Shown one piece after another: positions 1 through 13,640 of a DNA stretch of 64,000 bases. The DNA is taken from assembly GCF_963921235.1 (NCBI RefSeq), contig NC_086097.1:91328001-91392000 (forward strand), in the 5' to 3' direction. Below the pieces are notes generated by a model. The model was given only the letters and a program-made list of their open reading frames with translations, was not told where the DNA came from and searched no databases. Within the stretch, counting starts at the first letter, position 1; each line of letters begins with the position of its first letter. Source of the stretch: Mobula hypostoma (lineage: Eukaryota). Made by a program: the position numbers and the translations under genes.

Positions 1-360
1 AATCTTACATGAAAGCATCCAAAATGGCTCCTAACTGAAGCACAACTCACATTTTAAAGAGCAGTTGAAATCACTAATTAATTAAAATGGAATTGGACAC
101 TGGACACTGGCTTGGCTGTTTCTGTCATTCCATAAAAAGAGCATTTCAAAGATACTGAATTGAAGCTTGCAGATATCCAACTAAGAAATTATACTGGAAG
201 GTAGTGGAGATTCCTGTGGGAATGACATTCGTAACAGTGAGATACAACAACCAACAAGCCATATTGGACTTGTATGTGGTAAGAACAGGAGGACCAGCAT
301 TGTGGGGACATGATTGGCTGAGGCAACTACAACTTGATTGGCTATCCATCCACCATTTTA

Positions 361-1045
361 GATTATGAGAACACTCAGTCCTCTTTTATTGTCATTTAGA
401 AATGCATACATGCATTAAGAAATGATACAATGTTTCTCCAGATTGATATCACAGAAAACATGACAAACCAAAGACCAACACTGACAGAACCACATAATAT
501 TAACATATAGTTACAGCAGTGCAAAGCAATACCATAATTTGATGAAGAACAAACCATGGGCACGGTAAATAAAGTCTCAAAAGTCCCCGAGTCAATCAAC
601 TCCCGAGTCCCCGATAGCGGTGTCAAAAGGGTGAAACTCCCTGCCATAAACCTCCAGGCACCGTCAACTTGCCGATGCCTTGGAAGTAGCCAACCACAGC
701 CGACGCTGAGTCCATCCGTCCGAAAACTTCGAGCTTCCAACCAGCCTCTCCGATACAGCCTCTCAAATGCCATTCTCTGCCAAGCACCTTCGACCTCGCC
801 CCAGCCGCTGAAACACACAAAGCCGAGGATTACGGGGCCTTCTGCTCCAGAGATTCTGGTTACCACACAGTAGCAGCGGTAATGAAGCGGGCATTTCAGA
901 AGTTTTCCAGATGGTCCTCTGTACTCTTACATCTGTCTCCATCAAATCAGAATTGTGCACGGTCCTCTACTTGACAGACAACAGACATCATCACCGAAGT
1001 GGCTGCGTGCACTGCCATCACGCCGCCATCTTCTCCTCCTCCATC
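361..1045 (-). mobile_element. Non-autonomous non-LTR retroposon inserted in Gypsy pol
   Basis: Interrupts the Gypsy reading frame. The minus-strand 3' end has aataaaagaggactgagtgttctcataatc and the 5' end has aagatggcggcg. A related copy lies at 14205-14657. Confidence 0.7.
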
Positions 1046-3958
1046 TTCTTAAAATTTGCTTGCCATATTCCCCGTAATAGAGTCAACTGAAAGTGAATTA
1101 AGAAAGGTACTGGATGATACCGTAGCTTCTCCATGCTGTACATTGGAAAGCTCAAACATATCAAGGATAAAAGAGTGTTAAATGAAAATGCCACACCCAA
1201 GTTTTACAAGGCCCGTCTGGTTCCTTATACTATCCGTGATAAAGTAGCCAGTGGGCTAGTTCATATGGTGGCTGAAGGAATTCCCTCCAAGGTCGAGTGG
1301 TGCCCATGGGCAACACCAGCCAGGATCTGTGGTGATTTTAAGGTCACCATCAACCCAGTACCCAGAGGGATCAAGGATCAGATCCCTCTGCCCAGGATAG
1401 AGGATATCTTTGCAAACCTCTCAGGAAAGAAATACTTCGGCAAATTGAGGCCTATATACAGATGGAGATGAAAGAAGAGTCCAGAATGTTTCTCACCATA
1501 AGCACTCACAAAGGTCTTTATTGCTATAATAGGCATATTCTTGGAGAAGCATCTGCACCTGCACTCTGGCAGAAAGCTATTGTCCAGGTGCTGCAAGGCT
1601 GCCCGGGCACTCAGTGTCACCTGGATGATATCATTGTTACTGGTAAGGATGACAAGAAAAATCTACAAAATCTCAAAACACTGTTAAAAGGATTAGAAGA
1701 TTATGGGCTCAGAACACAATGCAACTGTGTGGAATCTTTAAACCATTCATCACCTACTGTGATCACACCATCAACACACAAATGTGCTGAGAAAATTCAA
1801 GCAGTGGTGGATGCCCCAAGGCCAAGGGACATGTCACAGTTGCAGTTCTTTTTAGGATTTGTCAATTACTATACCAGGTTCCTGCCAAACTCGGCTTCTG
1901 TGCTCCACCTCTTGAACTCATTTCTACAGATCAGGAAGAAATGGCAATGGACAAAGCAGTGTGAGGTGGTTTTCCAGATGGCAAAGGAAATAATGAGGCC
2001 AGCCTCTGTGGTCAGACATTATGATCCACATCATCCAGTGAAACTTGCCTGTGATGCCTCACCTTGTACAGGTGCAATCATATCACACGTTATGAGTGAA
2101 GGAAGTGAACACCCCTTAGGCTTTGCATCATGTTCTCTTATCGCCGCAGTGAAAAGTTACGCACAGATTGACAGAGAGGCCTTGAGGTTAGGGTGTAAAA
2201 CATTTCAACCAGTAATGGAATGGGAGAAGGTTTATCCTCACCACTGATCATCAACCACTAATGCCCATTTTCAATCCACAGAAGGATAGTCCACTAACAG
2301 CAGCAGTGCAAATGCAGAGATAGACCCTGTTTCTTGGAGGACACAATTACAAGATTGAATTCAAGAGGACAACTCATCATAGAAATGCTGATGGAATGTC
2401 CCATTTATCCTTTGAAAAGAAAACACCTGAAAACTTGACAAAAGAAGAAATTCCTCTTGATGTGTTGTCTCTAATGCAAATTGAAAGTCTTCCTATAATG
2501 GCAGAAATGATCCAAAGGGAAACTGAAAAATTCCCCATACTGTCTCAGGTCCACATGGCAATCCAAAATGGTTGGAATGTGCAGCAGAAATTCCAGTTCC
2601 CCCCACTTTTACCAGTGCCGTGATGATATTCCAATTGACCGGGGGTTGCCTTACGTGAGGATTGAGAGTTGCTGTACCATCCAAGCTGAGAGTTGAAGTG
2701 TTGGAGGAGCTACATGGTGGTCATCTAGGCATGGTCAAAATGAATACATTGGCTCAAAGCTTTGTCCAGTAGCCTGGGCTAGATCAGCAGATCAGACAAC
2801 TTGCCATGCACTGTTGGGATGCCAACACATTCAGAAGATACCAAGAGCAGCACCTCTCCATCCCTGGGAATGGTCTGCATTACCCTCACAAAGCATTCAT
2901 GTGGATTTTGCCAGACCATTCACTGGCAAAATTTCTTGGTGGTAGTGAATGTAGCTACAAAGTGGCCAGAAGTGTTCTCAAAAGCTTCCACTATAGCCTC
3001 ACACACTGTTGATGTGTTGAGAAGCCTCTTCTCAAGGACTGGTGTTCCGGAACACTTATTCAGTGACAATGGACCAGTTTGTTGTGGAACAGCTTCAGTC
3101 ATTCCTGAAAATGAATGGAATAAGACATAGTACATCTGCACCATACCCGCCCCCCCCCCGCCCCCGTTACAAGTGGCTTGGTGGAAATGTTTGTCCATGT
3201 TCTAAAGGACGCACTATGAGCAGTATCAGCAGAGCACACCACACTGAACTAGAAGCTCATCAATTTCATCTTTGTATATCGCAACGCAACACACTCCACA
3301 ACCAACAACTACCTGATCTTGGGCCGTCCCTTGCGCTCACGCTTTGATCTCCTCAAACCCAATCTCAAAAGGAGTTTGCAGGACAAAGAGCTGAGACAAA
3401 TTGAGGGCTCCTCGGACAAGGAGTTTAGATGTTTCACTCCTGGACAAGCAATCCTGGTAAGGGACCACAGAGGTGATCAAAAGTGGATACTTGGAAAGAA
3501 TAAGGACAAGAAATGAACCACTCTCCCATACAGTGAGGATTGTGTCAGATGTCATCCGGAGCTGACACATCAATCAGTTGAAGAGAGCAGAGTTATTTGT
3601 TAGAGAAAAAAGGGTGTCCAGAGCTGTCAGAACCACTTCCTGCAGTCCCTGAGTCAACTCTTACAACCATCACGGAGGAGGCCCCAGAACCTGAGATTGT
3701 TTCACAGCCACAAATCACACCTTGTAATCGGAGTGACCCCACCACCCCCCATCAGAAAAGACCTTATCCCATGTGAGTAAGAAATCCCCCACAGTGATTA
3801 AATCTTTAGGCCTGAATGGGACAATTTAAAATTTCCTGCACTGTGGATATCTGTATAATATTTGTATTATATGTAGATGACTAGAGAACAATACGTTACA
3901 TATTTGAGTTCAGATGCATTCTGTATTGAGTTGGAGTTTATAGCTAAGCAGGGAGGAG

Positions 3959-4190
3959 AGTAGTGTATTTAATATTTAAGTAATATTTGACTAATATTGT
4001 AAATATATTGTTTGATTAAGCATTCTTTGTCTGTTTGCATAATTCATCATGGGTTATATGTAAGAAGTACGTGAATCATTACACCACCACATCGTATGTG
4101 TCTTGCTTAAAAACAGGAAAAAACCCTAAGTAGACAAATATCCCAGCTCCTGTATTTTTCAGTTAGTTTCTGGAATTACAAAACGTAACA
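3959..4190 (+). repeat. 3' LTR of the Gypsy element, preceded by a polypurine tract (3946-3958)
   Basis: PPT aagcagggaggag lies directly before agtagtgtatttaata (TG start apparently mutated); ends ...acaaaacgtaaca; homologous copy at 58192-58336. Confidence 0.8.
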
Positions 4191-6228
4191 GTAATATGTT
4201 GCAGTTCCTTCATCACTATTCGATCTAAATGCTGGTACTCCAATCCCAACAATAATACAAGAGTACCTTGACCAGAGGAACTGGTCATTCAAGAAGATAG
4301 TTTACCATCACCTTCTCACAGATCATTAGAGATTTGCAATAAATGCTGTCCTTTCCATTAATGGAACATTCCAAACCTAGAACAGAAAATGAATTGAATT
4401 TCAACATACTTTTATGTTATCATTTAGCTGCCAGTTTGAACACAGGAAATTCCATCAATTGGTGGTGCCGTTATAACCAAATGATCTATTCTAATGGTTG
4501 GTTAGAGTTCAAAATGGCTCTACATGGAGTTTTGTGGCATTCCCCGTTCATTGAATTATAGAATAGTCATATGCGTGGTGTCTGGGGAAATCATAAGCAC
4601 AGCAGCTGTTAAGCTCCACTGTGTAATTTACAACACAGATACCACCATATATACTTCCTATGCCTCTAACAAGAGTTGTTCGATAAGCCACACCTTCTTC
4701 CTTCTTAATAGTCTGCATTATTATTTTTACATTTTCAAGTAAGTTCTCAGTAAGCTGCCTTTAAATTCCTTTCCGGTGGTATTTAGTCTATTTCCTATCT
4801 TATGTTTCATTTATCTCAAGTGCATGTCCTTAAGTTACTAACGTGCCTTAAAATGGATTCATCAAAGTTCCTTATAATTTTGATGCCCTTTTAATCATAT
4901 CAGCTCAAAGGAGACATCTTCTGTTACGCTGGTAGCTCTGTATAAGAGATTCCTTCATAACTGCTATTCCATCCTCTTAGTATCTGCACCATCATGTTTG
5001 AGCAACCATAAAAAATAGCCCATCCTCTAATTCGTTCATGTGGCCATCTCCAAGTGGCCAGGGATATGAAGGTTTCTGTGTCAAGTGTAGTGATCTTGGG
5101 ATGCTTGTTCTTCCTCATGGGCTTGTGGACTGTTAGACACAGGCTAGTAATTGCAATACAGAGATTATGCTTGCAGTAATATTAGGAGCTATTGGTCCAG
5201 ATCAAGTATATCCTGTCTAAGGCAGGAAGATAAATTTTGTTTATCTGTCTAGTTGAAGTAATAATAGTCACCAGAGAGAACCAAGTCATCTCCATGGTGC
5301 ATATAGTGATCATTGCCATGGTGAAGTCAGGCATCCACTTATGATGAAAGCAAGGCTCATTCCACAGCAAATGCAAGGATCATTCCATAAACAATGGATG
5401 AAATGCAGAAGCTGAAGGAAGGATTGAGGATCAATCTTCGAAGTATGCAGTTGGGAATTCTAAATTTAAATAACTATATGAGAGCAAGTATTGGTGCTGG
5501 TGACCATTAAATAAACCTCAGTCTTTAAAGCCCTTCTAGAATGCCGATGACCCTCAGCGAAGGAAAGCTGTTCTCCTTTACTTGTATGGCTTTTATTTGA
5601 CTGCTGATGCACTGCAGTGTGATTGATTCTTAACTGAGTTGGCATAGCAAGCTTCTTGGTTATGGCAAATTGCCACAGACAATAATAATATAAATCACCT
5701 GTCATTGCCACAAAAGCTTTGAGGGGAAGGACTATGGTGCTGCCACCACAGAGGAGATGAACTCTGTGAAACAGGCCCTTGAACATTTCACTGTTGCAGT
5801 GTTTAAGGTTGAAACATTAGTGATTGATGTAATGAACTGCATGACTCATTGAATAAATGTATCACTGTATATTTTATGAATCAATTATATCTTTGTAGAA
5901 AAAAATATGGCCTACATCAAACTAGGCATCAGTTTCATCAAAGAAAAAGGCACAGTTAAACCAGATGGTACTTTAAAATCTTCCTAATTTTGGGAGACGT
6001 GCTGAAATTGATAAGAGTTGTACCACAGAATAGTCATTCAACAACAGGCAATATGCTACTCACTGAGCTAAGCATTTCACAATATCGTTAATTATGGCCC
6101 ACCAGATGTATCGTGATATACAATCAAGTAGAAAGACTCTGAGAATTCACAATATAGATTTTTAACCCTTAAAAAATCTCATACCATTAGGTCAAATGTG
6201 GGCAGAGACAAACCTGCAGATTATCACT

Positions 6229-6360
6229 GCAAACAACAGGAATGCTGCAGATGCTGGAAATTCAAGCAACACACATCAAAGTTGCTGGTGAACACAGCAG
6301 GCCAGGCAGCAGTCCTGACGAAGGGTCTCGGCCTGAAACGTCGACTGTACCTCTTCCTAG
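6229..6360. mobile_element. 132-bp internally inverted Penelope pLTR fragment with a perfect 11-bp TSD
   Basis: agattatcact at 6218-6228 and 6361-6371. The first part matches the PLE arm starting at 43681; the second part matches the pLTR segment starting at 45053 (opposite element orientation). Confidence 0.88.
6310..6347 (+). ncRNA. Minimal type I hammerhead ribozyme motif (PLE-associated), intact core
   Basis: Stem I CAGTC/GACTG; core CTGACGA; stem II aGGGT-CTCG-GCCT; GAAA; minimal palindromic stem III ACGT; predicted cleavage after GTC at C6342. Confidence 0.75.
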
Positions 6361-6510
6361 AGATTATCACTTCCCATCCTTCCTGCCAATAAATTGGGGT
6401 TTCTCCATCCTGAAAAATACCTGGAAGACACACAGAGATAGCAAGGATGCAGAATATATAATGGGTTAGGGTCTTTAATGGGCTTTGCCAAGTGAACTCC
6501 AGAGCACCAA

Positions 6511-6741
6511 TTATAGACGCAAGAGATGCTGGAAATCCAAAGCAATATGTATAAGATCCTGAAGGAGCTCAGCAGGTCGGACAGAATCCATAAAGTGATT
6601 AACCAGTCGACATTCTGGGCCAAGACCTTTCATCTGGTCCAGTCTTCTCGAAGGATCTTGGCCTGAAACATCAACTGTTTATTCATTTCAATAGATGCTG
6701 CATGACCTGCTGAGTTCCTCCAGAATTTTGTGTGTGTTGTC
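6511..6741. mobile_element. Fold-back Penelope pLTR mini-insertion with a decayed hammerhead in each arm
   Basis: TSD ccagag(c/t)accaa at 6499-6510 and 6742-6753; the arms are imperfect reverse complements around ~6640. Confidence 0.75.
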
Positions 6742-6753
6742 CCAGAGTACCAA

Positions 6754-9472
6754 AACTGGCTGTGTTGACCGAATCCAAAAGGCTTGCATTAGATGTTACG
6801 AGGGGAAAAGCTCCTTCTCACCAATTTTCTTGTCACGGATGTAGCTGTGTGTTGCCTACCAGGAGGCCCTCCTGGATGAGTAGATAAACGCCTGGCCAGA
6901 GCTGCAGTGGATTCAGTAGTCATTTTCCACATCAGAACAAATGTCATAGGTAACAGCAGGCTGTCAGTTCTGCAAGACAAATCTAAAGATTTAGGTGGAA
7001 AACTTAAGGACAGAACTGACAAGCGGTCTTCTTGGAAGTTGTGCCTGTGCCACACGCCAGTCCAGGGAAGATGGAGGAGATTAGAAGAGTTAACAGGTGG
7101 CTCAAGTCATGGTGTAGGTCAGAGGGGCATAGGTTTATGCGACTTTGGACCCCTTTTGGGGCAGATGGAACCTGTACCGTCAGGATGGGTTGCATTTGAA
7201 CCAGGGAGGCACTAATGTACTGAGCAGTTGTATGCTTTAGTTAGTTGAGGACATTTTAAGCTAGGGAATGGCGGGGGTGGGGGAGGTGGGCAGGGAACTT
7301 AGAACAGGCCAGGGTCAGCTGTAGATACCTTAGATACCTTAGCGGAGAATAACATATTAGGACATAAACCTAATATAGGTTTCAAAAATTTTTTAATGGT
7401 TTGGAATAGGATGAAAAACATCAGCAATAGACTAAGGAAGGCCTGTATAAATGCAAGAAGTATTAAAAATAAAATAAATGAGCTGGAACTATATGCAAGT
7501 GTGTATATGTATGATATAATAGCGCTAACTGAAACGTGGCTGACCTCAAAGGTTGGCGATGAATATAGTATTGAAGGATAGACATAGGAAAGACAGGCAA
7601 GATCGTAAAGGTGGAGGAATAGCCACACACATAAGAGAGAATTTAAACGTGAGGCTGCTTATGATAGGAGATTAATCGAGACTTAGTGAAGATGTCTGAG
7701 TAAGAATTGAAAACTATAAGGATAAAGGAATAACATTGGGTATATGTTATAGACCCTCTAATGCTGATGATGATTTTAATCAACAACTCTATTAGAATAT
7801 TTAAAAAGCAAGTTCTGAGGGTGATGTTATAGTTATGGGTTAACTTTAATTTCCCAGATATTAAGTGGAAGAACCCAGTGGTTAATGGATTATAGAAAAG
7901 TGAATTCATTGAGTTATTGAATGATTGTTATTTCAGTCAATATGTTAATGCACCAACAAGAGGCGAGACCTGTCTAGATTTGATAGTCTGTAGCAATCAA
8001 GATAGAATTTTGATTACGGAGTTGTTGGGCATTTAGAAACAAATTATCATGACGTTGTTAGTCTCAAGGTTTTTTGAGAGCATATATCAGTAAAAACCAA
8101 AGACATTAAATTGAATTTCTAAAAGGCAAAGTTTGTGCAGATGCAGCAAAGACTTCAGAAGGTAAACTGGAAGGAACTGCTTGATGTTCAGTCAGTTGAG
8201 GAACAATGGGGTTGATTTAAAAAGGCAGTACATGCAGTGCAGGAAATGTTCGTACCCAAGGTTGGGAGAAGCAATTAAAACAATAGATCAATGGATGAAT
8301 AAAGATATACATAAAATTATTGAAGAAAAGACAGCTATATAAGGAATACAGAAAAATATCCTGCAGGGCATATAAGAATATGAGAGTTATAATCAAGATG
8401 TAGATTTGGATTGCTAAAAAGCAGGTTGAGAAGGATATTGCTGATCATCCTAAGAGATTTTCCAATACTTTTAATAGTAAAATAAAAGTCAAGGAGGAAG
8501 TTAAGTGCATTAGGAATAATAGTGGGGTGTTAAGTTACGCAGAGAAGGACGCCGTAGATACCTTTAACTCGTATTTTGCTGAAGTATACACCTGTGAAGA
8601 TGTTAACAATATGCCAGTAAGGGTAGAGAAAAATAAGGTCATTTTAAGTGGCTTAGACACCTCAGGCCCTGATTCAGCTGAAAAGGCTGAAAGTTAATAA
8701 ATCTCCATGGCCAGCCAACATTTATCCAAGGGTACTTAAAGAGGTCTATGATTATATATATAAACCCCTAACATGTATTTTTCAAAAGTCATTGGAGACT
8801 GGTGAAATCCCTAAGGACTGGAAATGGACTAATGTTGTCCTAGAATATAAGGAGGGTGACTACACTGACCCTGGTAACTATAGACCAGTAAACCTAATGT
8901 GTATCGCGGAAACAATAATAAAGAATGAGATGGAAGAGCAGGCACCTTAGCAGTCAGCCAGCATGGGTTCAGAAAGAGGAAATCATGCTTTACTAATATG
9001 CTGGAGTTCTATGAAGAGGCAACTAAAATTTATGATAACAATGGAGAAATTGATCACATTTACTTGGACTTTCAGAAGACATTTGACAAACAGCCCCATG
9101 AGAGGTTAATAACCAAATTGCAGGAGGTAGAGATTCAGGTTCAGGTGTGCAAATGGGTGCAGAATTGGCTCAGAAGCAAAAAACGAGTTATGGTGAGAGG
9201 ATCATTTTCACACCTAGAAGATGTTAAAGTGGGGTTCCACAGGGATCGGTTTTGGGGCCGCTGCTGATTTTAATTTACATTAATGATTTGGATAAGCACA
9301 TAACAAATAAACTAGTAGAGTTTTCGGATGACACAGAATTAGGGGGATGGGCTGATAACATTCAGGCAGCAGAATCAATACAATTAGATCCAAACAAAAT
9401 CCAGATGTGGGCTGATAAATGGCAGATAAAATTTAATGGAAGTAAATGTAAAATATTATGTATAGGAAATAG
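6754..9472 (+). mobile_element. CR1 LINE, 5' part (ORF1 esterase remnant, APE endonuclease, RT), decayed
   Basis: VCCLPG and VVIFHIRTNVIG (SGNH-like ORF1); CINARSIKNK..YDIIALTETWL (APE); QHGFRK.KSC, YLDFQKTFDK, GPLLILIYINDLD, FSDDTELGG (RT). Confidence 0.9.
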
Positions 9473-11378
9473 CACCCAGGAGGTGTGGAGAGGCATGAAG
9501 TTATCACTGGTTTCAATCAGCCTAGAAACGGAGTCTCGGAATGCAGCCGTGAATGGGCTAATGAGTTAAACCAATTCTTCAATAGGTTTGACAATTGTCT
9601 TCCTGTTCACACCCCTTCAGTAGGTCAGTCCAGGTGCCGAGGCATCCAATGCCCCTTCAGCACCAAGGCCTCCCTCCTCCCTCCTCCCCCCTCCCCCATC
9701 CAGTTCAACACGGGCTACCACTGTCTACATCCCCTCCTTCTCCTGCACCAACCAATCCACACCACCACGTGCTAACTGCCATCGCCCCGATCTTCACCTT
9801 CCCCTGCCCCCACCTTCCACCAACTCTCCAGTCATCATCGACTCACCTTCACTACTGAGCAGCTGAGAAGGGCTCTGGGGAAACTCAGACATGGCACAGT
9901 AGTGGGGCTGGATGGTATGAACTCCATGGTCCTGAAGGAGTGTGCTGAACAGTTGTGTGGAATTCTCCAGCACATTTTCAATCTGAGTCTCAGCCTGGAA
10001 AGGGTCCCGACTTTGTGAAAAACCAGTATCTAAGGGCCAACCAAAAGTCTTGAATGACTACCGTCCAGTGGCTCTGACCTCACACATCTTGAATACCCCA
10101 GAGAGGCTGGACCTGGCTCACCTCCGACCCCTGGTCAGGTCAGCCCTTGCTACCAGAAGCACGTTGGAGTCGACAATGCTGTCATCTACCTGTTGAACAA
10201 AGCTTACTCCCATTTAAATAATCAGGGCAGCACTGTGAGGATCTTTTCTTTTTGATTTCTCAAGTGCCTTCAACACCATACAGCCCTCATTGTTGGGGGA
10301 AAAGTTCCATTCAACGCAGATTGGCACTTCCATTGTATCCTGGATAATAGACAACCTGACTGGCAGACCACAGTTTGTACAGCTTCAGAGCTTGTGTCAG
10401 ACATGGCTCTAAGCACCACTGGTGCCCTATAGGGTAAAGTATTGGCTCCCTTCCTGTTTATCCTGTATACCTCGGAATTTAGAGACAACACTGAGTTATG
10501 TCATCTGCAGAAATTCTCTGATGACTCAGCAATAGTTGGATGTATAAAAGGAAGATGGGAGGATGAATACAGGGCTTTGGTGGAGGAACTTGTCAAATGG
10601 TGCAAACGGAATCATCTGCAGCTCAACATCACTAAGACAAAGGAGATGGTGATGGACTTTAGGAAAACTAAGCCTGCACTGCTCCCTGTTACTGTTGATG
10701 GTGAGGACGTGGATGTGGTGAGGATGTGGATGTGGTGAGGACTTACAAGTATCTTGGGGTGCACCTGGATGACAGACTTGAATGGAGTACCAATACAGAG
10801 GCTATGTACAAGAAGGGCCAGAGTCACCTCTACTTCCTGAGGAGACTGAGGTCCTTTAGAGTATGCAGGCCTCTCCTTCACATTTTCTTCCAATCTGTTG
10901 TCACCAGTACAATCTTCTATGCAGTGGTGTGCTTGGGCAATGGCACCAACATGGGTAATGCCATCAGACTCAATAAACTGATTAGCACGGCTGGCTCGGT
11001 TATAGGAGTCAAACTGGACACACTGGAGGCTGTGGTAGAACAAATGACCTTATGGAAAATCCTGCAATTCTGGACAACGTTTCTCACCCTCTGCATGCCA
11101 CCTTGGCTGAACAGAGGAGCACTTTTAGTAATAGACTAAGACAACAGCACTGCTCCAAAGAGCGCTATATGAGGTCATTCTTACCCTCAGCCATTAGGCT
11201 CCATAATGGGTCAACCTATAGCCGGGGAAATGATGGCCCCCTCCTGTTAGACTGTTTGTGGTAACTTATTGTTCATTCTTTCTTACTTCTCTTCTAATAT
11301 TTGTATATCTGTGCACTTGTAATGCTACTGTGACACTGTAATTTCTTTTAGGATCAATAAAGTATCTATCTATCTGTC
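9473..11378 (+). mobile_element. 5'-truncated Rex1/Babar LINE inserted in CR1
   Basis: RPVALTSHI, APFLFILYT, LQKFSDDSAIVGCI, LNITKTKEMVMDFRK, YKYLGVHLDDRLEW; ends aataaag(tatc)n; tag on both sides (9470-9472, 11379-11381). Confidence 0.9.
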
Positions 11379-12080
11379 TAGAACTATTAAATATATAATG
11401 TACACTTGGGGGTCTTTAGTTAGAAAGTGCACTGTATGGGCATCCCAGTAGACTCTTCACTATCAACATCGAGACTATGCACAGAAGCGATTAAGAAAGC
11501 TGATAGAATGTTGGGCTATATAATTCTCAGTGAAGTTCAAGGCGAGATGTGCTCCTTAAGCTGCTTAATGCTCTTGTGAGGCCACACCTTGAGTACTGTG
11601 TACAATTTTGGTCTCCGTATCATGTGAGAGATGTGAAGGCAATGGAGAGAGTCCAGAGAAGAGTGACGAGACTCATTCCAGGGCTGCAGGGTATGAGCTA
11701 TGAAGAAAGAGTGAAGGAATTAAATCCTTTTAGCCTAAGTAGACGTAGAATGAGAGGAGACATAATAGAAGTGCTCAGAATCATTAAGGTTATACGTAAA
11801 GTGGATGCCAACTGCTACTTCAGAATTAATCCATCATCAAGGACATGGGGCCATAGGTTAAGGGGAGGTTTCAGACTTACATCAGGAAGCATTTCTTTAC
11901 ACAGAGACTTGTGGACACATGGAACAAATGACCTAGCTGTGGAGCTGAGTGTAGTTCCTTAGAGGTTTTTGAATCTAAACTCAATAGTTATTTCAACACA
12001 CTATGTGAACAGGAATTTGGCAAGATTTATTAGGCCGAATGGCCAGTTCTTGTCAAAAACTTTCTAATGTTTCTAATAAT
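11379..12080 (+). mobile_element. CR1 LINE, 3' part (continuation of 6754-9472)
   Basis: LVRPHLEYCVQFWSPY, ERVQRRVTRLIPGL..MSYEER; CR1-type 3' end ggccgaatggcc...ttctaatgtttctaat. Confidence 0.9.
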
Positions 12081-13640
12081 AGGACTGTTCAGTCTGACCA
12101 CTGTGCAATCCTCTTAAAGATAAATTACCATTTTCACCTATCAAGGACACTCCATGGGTGAAAATACCACTATATTGTTGTAGTAAATGGGATTCATTCA
12201 GAATAGATCTTTATACTGTGAATATGAGAAACATCCATGCAGTATCTAGTAATCATTAAAAGCAGAACTATATCACACAGCCCTGCATCATGAAATTAGA
12301 TCAGGGTTCTGCTGTTATGAAGCAGTTTAGAATATGAAATTGCCAATACAGAGAATTGATTTGCATCATATTCTCATATTTCTTGATTAATTGCTAGAAG
12401 CATTTGTATTATCCAAGTAATAGAAGGTATTATTCAACAAATAGTGAAAACAATTTATATGCAAATCAGAACTAATCAACTTCTGATTTATACAAATCTT
12501 CGCCAATTTCTAATTTCTTCCCTATACAAATAATCCCCTGACAGATAGTTAGCATTCATCCGCCCAGTAAATGTGGAGCCTAAAGTCTGTTGGAAGCTCC
12601 CAACTAGACAGTATGTCTGTTGCTTATGTCAGAAGATGACAACTACTTTACTTTTCCTGGTGAAAATCATCTCCGTGGAACAGCAGAGGAAGAGTGTGTT
12701 CTTTCATTTCTACAGGAACATCTGTCTCGCACCTCAAACGCTCACTCCTATCATCCCTTTCCTCTCTTTCTTCCTTCGCTAATTTTAGCCCACCTCTTTA
12801 CTCCACCTTCTACTTTTCTCCCCCCTGCCCCACCCTCGTGCCCTGTCTTCCTTCCCTCCTACCACGGAGACACAACAGAATGCAGATGCTGGAATCCGGA
12901 GCAACAAAACTACCTGAATGAGGAACTCAGCAGGTCTTGCAGCTTCTGTGGCAGGAAAGGTCTCGGAGATACAATCAATGCTCCAGTGAGATTCAAGGGG
13001 AGCCATTGCCATTCTGACTGGACCTTTATGTTTGAACTCCATTCCCACCAAAAGATGGGCTCAGATAAAGAAATGGCCTGAAATCTCAGATTTTCCCTAA
13101 CTTACTGACCTTCTGTGATCTTCACAGATCTGGAGAGCAGCCATCAAACAAAAGTACCTCTTGGGATTCACTTAATCAGAATTGTAATCATAGGACAGCC
13201 TTTAATCAAAGATGAATGTCTTATTATAATGAAATTCAGCTTGCCGCCTCCCATCACTTCCAGTTGATGAAAAATGTTTTGAATAGGATTGGACCACTGA
13301 AATTTAATATTTGCAATGACACTCCAACTTAAGACCTGACATCCATCTTTTTTTAAAATGAGCTCATGCTGACAGCTAGCAGCAGCCTAGAGCATGTAAT
13401 CAAACATTTCATAGGTTCCTCTATTTTGCACACCTCAGATAACACAAACACTAAATGCATTTACTTAATAACAAGCTTAATGCTGGCTGACAGACTTGGA
13501 GACTGAAACTGAGTTTCCTTCTACTGCCAGCAAAGCAAAACCCCACTATAGTTTAGTTAAAGACTTAATTTTAAATCAATTAGTTTAGTGAGCTTCTCTT
13601 GCATCTCCAATTTTCTTTGCTCTCTCCTTGGCAGCGGGTA

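Larger units (their letters stand above)
1..4190 (+). mobile_element. Decayed Ty3/Gypsy LTR retrotransposon (gag remnant, PR, RT, RNase H, integrase, 3' LTR); 5' part lies outside the window
   Basis: Protease motif MELDTG (~87-105); RT motifs RICGDFKVTINP, PLPRIEDIFANLSG and HLDDIIVTG (YLDD variant); RNase H LACDASP and YAQIDREAL; integrase HHCC region LHGGHLG, then HVDFA and SDNG. Domain order PR-RT-RH-IN is Gypsy. Many stops, frameshifts and deletions. Confidence 0.93.

Noticed and set aside
1462..2247. 261-aa RT/RNase H ORF as a functional or domesticated gene
   Set aside because: YLDD is changed to HLDD, and there are deletions, flanking frameshifts and stops.
12620..13081. 153-aa ORF or exon after ttctttcatttctacag
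   Set aside because: Runs through a pyrimidine-rich tract and a pLTR relic; no recognisable protein.
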